Shown here: in pieces, positions 58,240 to 64,000 of the stretch | Layout: every line of letters starts with the position of its first letter | How positions within the stretch are numbered: position 1 is the first letter of the stretch | Notes under the pieces: generated by a model | Database searches by the model: none | Told to the model about the DNA's origin: nothing | The model's input: the letters and a program-made list of their open reading frames with translations, nothing else | DNA from: Eledone cirrhosa | Lineage: Eukaryota | Assembly (NCBI GenBank): GCA_964016885.1 | Contig: OZ024743.1 | Coordinates: 365,118,001 to 365,182,000, forward strand | Length of the DNA stretch: 64,000 nucleotides | Direction: 5' to 3' | Made by a program: the position numbers and the translations under genes

Positions 58240-58700
58240 AGGTATAAGGATTCCTTGAAAGCCTCTTTGAAAGACGCTAACATATCTGCTGATACATGGG
58301 AAAATGTTGCTGCTGATCGTAATAAATGGAGAAAGACTGTATGAGGGGAAAGTTGCCTTTGAGGCATCACGAATCGCATACGAGAAAGTAAAGCGAGATG
58401 CGAGGAAGGGCATTGCTGTTGCATTTCCAGACGGCGAGGGTCCTCCTATGGTGCTGACATGCAGCGCCTGTGCGAGACTCTGCCTAAGCAAAGCTGGACT
58501 CGAAAGTCATCTTCGCAGTCATAAAGTGAGACCAGTGGTTGACTACCATGGAGATGCTACTACTCATGCTTGCCAAGCATGTGGTAGAGAATGGAAATCA
58601 GCAGGAGGGCTCAAACGACATGCAAAAGTACATGAACTCCAACCATAGCCGGCTATTCCCAGTGAATGTTTTGGATGCCGACTCTGTGCAAGACATTTTA
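58240..58700 (+). mobile_element. RTE LINE C-terminus with tandem C2H2 zinc fingers (degenerate)
   Basis: KRYKDSLKASLK..NI..DTWE.VAADR.KWRK; CSACARLCLSKAGLESHLRSH; CQACGREWKSAGGLKRHAKVH; third partial finger CRLCARHF. Confidence 0.8.
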
Positions 58701-59001
58701 GATCATTGGTTGGGCTAAAAAGCCACATTCCATCGCAGCGCTGTTAATTGCTATCGTGTGTGTGTGTGTAGATATGTTTATGTGCGCGCGCGCGTGTGTA
58801 TATATATATATGCATATTATTATTGTTGTTGTTGTTGTTATTAATATTGTTATGATTATTATTATTGTTATTATTATGTTTTTTTCCCTTATTTTTCTCG
58901 TGCAATGGCCATACTCGATAACTAGGGGGCAGCCATCATCATGTATGTATGTATGTATGTATGTATGTATGTATGTATGGATGTATTTATGTGTGTATGT
59001 A

Positions 59002-59068
<67 letters not shown>

Positions 59069-59084
59069 TGGCTGCCAACTCGTT

Positions 59085-59676
59085 TTCGAGTACGGCCACT
59101 ACTTTATATCCATGTAGGAGAACCCCTACCGATGCGCTGAATGAGTGTGACTTTTTAGTCCAGCCAGCGACTTGAAAACTCTGGTAAAACACTACACTTG
59201 TGACAATTATTGACACATAGTGCTGGGCCCATGGTACCATGTGACGACAAGTGCAGAGAGATCTCCAGATATAAAGCAATGCCTGTGCCGTGAAGCCTTT
59301 ATAGTGAGCAAAGGCACTGCACAAAGCCAGTCCCACTCTCTTAACCAAGATGATATTTACTAAAAAGAAGAACAAGTCAACATCATTGGATACCATCAGG
59401 GTTGCAGGTGTTATATCAGAGTTTTCCTTCTCCTAGAATTCTGCCTTGACAAAGGCTAAGGGGTCATCTCTCCCGGTGATTTTGGATGGCTATTGACTCT
59501 TAAGAGCTCTTTGCCCTTTGACAGGTTTTGTTTTTAGTCCTGCAGGATGTCCAAAGTCACCCTCCTCACCAAGAAACCTTGGTGGGGTTGCCAGTTTAGT
59601 CGCCAACGACCCGACCATGAGACAGGTTGTACTGGGATACATGTTACCAGTAGCACCAACTGGTGACCTGACATAA

Positions 59677-59746
<70 letters not shown>

Positions 59747-60115
59747 CATATGTGTATATATGCGCGGGGACATAAAAATAATCGGGCTGGATACCCGATT
59801 GCGCGGTGAAACCACTGGGAGTGAAGGACCCCTAGCTATTCTCAGGGCATTCTTCTAGGAGAAGGGAACTCAGAAAACTGGGATAAATCTGACATAAAGC
59901 CTGCGGCTCAGTAGTTACCGATGATGTTGATCTTTTCTTCTTTTCGGATTATAGTCACTGTCGCCCAAAGAGTGGGATTGGCTCAGTGCACAGTCTTTCC
60001 ACACTTTAAAAAAAATCTTCACGCACAGGCATTGCACGATAGCATTAATTGATAATTATTAATAATGTTATATCGTGCAATGGCCATACTCGATAATGAG
60101 GGGGTAGCCATCATG
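59085..60115. repeat. Two further copies of the 34467-35570 repeat family, divergently oriented around (TA)n
   Basis: 59500-59672 is the reverse complement of about 35106-35290. 59762-59878 matches 34920-35014. 59890-60115 is the reverse complement of 34467-34695. Confidence 0.7.
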
Positions 60116-61668
60116 TATGTATATATGTATATGAGTGCGTGCGATCAATGTGCATTGAGGAAAGGTGCAGGCATCGGAAAGGAATTTCATGCTTTATGAG
60201 GGAAGTCCTTTGCAATATTCGTTCTATATTGAATTATAGACACTCCTTTGTCAACTCTCGCTGACAAATACATTCAACCAATGATTGTCCAATTGGAAAA
60301 CTGTAAAAACGGTGCAATTGTTAATCAATTGTAATAGAAAATGAATAAATATGTTGTGGTGTTTGGACGATGAGTATTCCAGTTGCCTGTTTGTGAAATT
60401 ATCATTCAAGTGGGGGAAAATTCAACAGGCACGTGTATCCTTATCATAGCTTTCAAAGAGTTTTAGCATGATACAATTTGAAACAAGACTTGCCATTTTA
60501 ATCATAAGTACAGTTAATTTTTTTTCTTTTGCTGGGTGGCTTGAAGCAGTATGAAACAAAATGTTTTGTTGAAGTGCCAACGCACTACTAGGAATTAAAC
60601 TCACAATTCTGATCTGAACAGTCCAACTTCTAAATCATGCACACTCACAGATTGAATCAATTATACAGACAGAAAGATTGGGTAAAACGATTAAAAGAAA
60701 ACGACATATTTTACATTGGGTCTGAATATTTTGATGTTTCTGCTATTAACTACTAGCTCTCATTTAACATAACATCCTGTCCTTGTCACGAGGATTATTT
60801 CTATTTTCCTATTTTCTTATATAGAGAAACTTTTATCACACCTCAGGGCAGTCATTTAAATGTATATTTTACATTTCTGAAAGAAATGCTGTTACTTACA
60901 AACTAACAAACGCACACACACCGGCGAGAGAGGCAGAGAGAGGCGAAGGGAGAAGCACGCAAACACATATATACACAGTCAACTAAATATATGTGATACC
61001 ATATCGATCTGGCTAATTATTTTATGTATTTATTTATGCAGGATGGCGCGAAAGTCACTTTACTTAAAAAGCTTTTAAGAAATTTTACCTTTAAATATAT
61101 TTATTTATAACCGTGGAAATTACTCTGACTTAACTCTTTCTAGCCTTCTACAAATGCTTTAATTTTTAGTGGTATATTATTCTTCAAATGCTGAGCTGTT
61201 AGGAAATTTGTTTACGTAAATGCTTTCTTTAAAATAGCATAAAAGGAATTAAAGTACTTTAATTCATAAAATGGAAAGGGATTTACTTGTCTAGCCGGAT
61301 CGTTAAGACTTTCTCTTCGTAATCATTACGTTCCAGGATCGATTCATCAGTTGATATTAGCAATGTCAGTTAACTCAATTCATAGTTAAAAAAACCTTAT
61401 AACCAGATCAAAGCAAGTAGCCACGTTACTTGATTAAGTGTGCAGCATATATACCTATATAAAAAAAACAGTACGGTTATTACTCGGGAGAGTAGATTAT
61501 CTGGCCATAATGCATTATGTAGTCGATGAAATTTTGGAAGAAGGTGTCAGAAATGGTGAAGTCGTGATCCGCATACAAAGAAAGGGGTCTCATATCATTG
61601 ATAATTTTTCTAATATCAAAGCCTCCGACCACTTCATTCTTCTTCTTCTTCTTCTTCTTCTTCTTCTT

Positions 61669-61699
<31 letters not shown>

Positions 61700-62297
61700 T
61701 TATTATTATTATTATTATTATTTTTTTTTTTACAATGGTAATTCCCTTCCTTTGTGCCTACGTTAAAGAAATTCTCGAATTACACTCTACTTGTAAAAAG
61801 ATGAAGGACAACTTCTTGGGAGGGTTATGGGGGTTGAGTCCTCAAATACACCTTCCATGGTGTCTTGTCAAAAGCAACTGTCTCCAATTAATTTGGTAGG
61901 ATCATCTCCAAGCGTGATCAGCCGAGCCCATGGATGTTATCCAACCATCTTGCGCGTCGTCTACACTTAGGTCCCCAGCCGATTGGTTTTCCCGTAAAAT
62001 CTTCGGTCAGAATGTCTAAGGAAAGAATCGCTGGACAGATTTGATAGGCAAACCCCTCTCTTCTCTTATATTAACATTAGGATGGCTTTATCTGGTTTGT
62101 TTTATTAAACTGAAAAAATAGTCAGCAACAAAATAAATGGCGCATATGATATTTGAAAATGCATCATAAACGAACATGACAACATAACCTCAAGAATTTT
62201 GTCGGACATTCTACCGACCCTGCCAATCTGCCATCTCTGTTCAGCTACCTCGCTCGGGGCACACACATACAATACCTAGAATATACGCGTGTATTCA

Positions 62298-62347
<50 letters not shown>

Positions 62348-62450
62348 GTTTGAATATGTGTAATAAGGCCAAAACAATGCAGGTATGGACATAGAAAAAA
62401 GAATGCAATAGTAAAAGAATTCGTCTTTCACCTTGAATTTATTTAAATGT

Positions 62451-62485
62451 CCTTAATTTTCGAGATAATATCTCTTCTTCGGAGG
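62451..62485 (-). ncRNA. Minimal hammerhead (CCGAAGA core) in the 3' UTR of the PLE
   Basis: CCT-CCGAAGA-A-GAGAT-ATT-ATCTC-GAAA-AT-TA-AGG. Confidence 0.6.
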
Positions 62486-62887
62486 GAAATAAAGGTCTCA
62501 AACCAGCGTCTTAAATCTCTAGCCAAGCCATGCTGACCGGAAATAGTATAGAGTATCTGTTCTAACTCTAATATCAAAGAATTAAAATTAGGTGGAAAAA
62601 GAGTAGTCTCCCTTTAAGAGGGGTTTGTTTAGGGTTTATTTTATTTTTATTTTTTAATTTTTTTAATTTTATATACGTGCCTGTATATGTGTGTGGGAGA
62701 AGGTATGTGGGTGTGTGTGTGTGAGTGTGGGAAGATAGGTCTAATCGTAAAAGTGGGAGGTAGGTGTTATCTGGTGTTAGAACTGGTTTTGTGTGTGTAT
62801 GTGTGAGAGAGAATAAGTGGAGGTGTAAGCGTGTGTGTGTGCGCGTGCGTGTGTGTGGGGTGTGTAAATATGGAGCTAGAGGCCCTA

Positions 62888-64000
62888 TCAGGTTATAAAT
62901 TGGGTGTTGAGCTCTAGTCTATTATTGATTGGTGGATGTGTTTTATCTATAATAAGTGCTTCCTTAATTCTAAGATTGCCGAGGTTTCTTTCCTTAGTTT
63001 CTATCCTAACTGTTATGTTTTTATCGGTGTTTTTGCATTTAACTAGGTGTTTCTTAAATGAGGAAGCGTTAGTATTGAGGTGTTCTTTTATTCTTATGTG
63101 GAGTGGTCTGGTGGTGCTACCTACGTAGAAGTTGTTGCATTTGTCACACTCTAGTCTGTATACTACGTAAGCCTGGTGGCATAGGTCTGTGTCGTTGATG
63201 GGGAAGTTGGCTAGTCTGCAGCAGTTGTCATGTCTGGTGGAGTGTCTCTTGGCCAGCCGTCCGCGCAGAGAAGGACCCGAATGGGCCAGTTGGATATCCA
63301 GTCCCTCTCGTCTGATGGCTCTGCGGATGGCTGTTGTTGTTTCTTCACTGAAGTGTGGGAGCTTCAGGAAGCAAGTGTTAGTGCCTCGGGTGTGGTGTCC
63401 TCTGTTCTTTCTGGCACGGTTTGTGGTGGATGTCGTGTATCCGTTCAGTTTGAGTACTTCCAGGAAATGTGTGGTGTGTGTGTCTCGGTCTCTGGCGTCG
63501 GTGCATTTGTTCTTGATACGTGCCAGTTCGTTCTTTATGTATCCGAACTTGGCACCGAGTGGGAGGGCCGATCTGAAATGCACGAACAGGTCCCTGCTGG
63601 TGGATTTTTTATAGAAGCAGGTGTGGATGTTGCCTTCCTCTGTTACCCTGAGTTGGAAGTCCAGTAGGGATAGGGATCCGCGGTCATCGGGGTGTTCCAT
63701 GCTGAACTTTATACTGGCGTCCATGCTGGAGAATGTTGTGTATATTTTCTCTGCCTCCTCACGGGATGATGTAAGGATGAGTATGTCATCTACATATCGG
63801 GTGAAGAAGGCATGGGAATGGCAGGTGTTGAGGGCTCGGCATTCTAGCTGGTTCATGTAGGTGATGGCCAGCAGGCCTGAAAGGCTGGATCCCATGGGTA
63901 ATCCTGTTGTCTGTCTGTATGTGTGGTGGTGGAAGGTGAAGTACGTGTTGTCTACTGTGAAGGACAAAAGCTGGTGTATGTCCGTCGGGTGGAGGCCGTA
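62888..64000 (-). CDS. PLE RT plus GIY-YIG ORF (Penelope/Poseidon type, paralog of 14000-16201), continues beyond the window end
   Basis: YRQTTGLPMGSSLSGLLA, RYVDDILILTSSRE, VVYRLECDKCNNFYVGSTTRPLHIRIKEH, KEALII...PPINNR. The frame stays open to 64000 (YGLHPTDIHQLLSF). Confidence 0.9.
   Translation of the reverse strand, partial: YGLHPTDIHQLLSFTVDNTYFTFHHHTYRQTTGLPMGSSLSGLLAITYMNQLECRALNTCHSHAFFTRYVDDILILTSSREEAEKIYTTFSSMDASIKFSMEHPDDRGSLSLLDFQLRVTEEGNIHTCFYKKSTSRDLFVHFRSALPLGAKFGYIKNELARIKNKCTDARDRDTHTTHFLEVLKLNGYTTSTTNRARKNRGHHTRGTNTCFLKLPHFSEETTTAIRRAIRREGLDIQLAHSGPSLRGRLAKRHSTRHDNCCRLANFPINDTDLCHQAYVVYRLECDKCNNFYVGSTTRPLHIRIKEHLNTNASSFKKHLVKCKNTDKNITVRIETKERNLGNLRIKEALIIDKTHPPINNRLELNTQFIT

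Overview
This window is eukaryotic, AT-rich and dense in microsatellites ((TA)n, (CA)n, (GA)n). The repeat content suggests an invertebrate, probably an octopus or other cephalopod, although this is inference. I can support no host protein-coding gene, and most ORFs in the track are microsatellite artefacts. The window is a graveyard of mobile elements. It holds several Penelope-like retroelements (PLEs, RT plus GIY-YIG), including one long uninterrupted ORF at 14000-16201, plus R4/Dong-like, Tx1-like and RTE LINE fragments, an internally deleted mariner, non-autonomous Helitrons and tRNA-like SINEs. The most striking hidden layer is RNA structure. About 20 type I hammerhead ribozyme (HHR) motifs can be read by eye, including two non-coding tandem arrays (5x310 bp at 586-2213 and about 3x495-510 bp at 7328-8757) with one HHR per unit. 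These are retrozyme-like units predicted to self-cleave into monomers and possibly circular RNAs. Many of the HHRs share unusual features: a palindromic minimal stem III, a non-Watson-Crick first pair of stem II, a greatly enlarged stem II, or a CCGAnGA core. All structures were assigned by eye, not computed.
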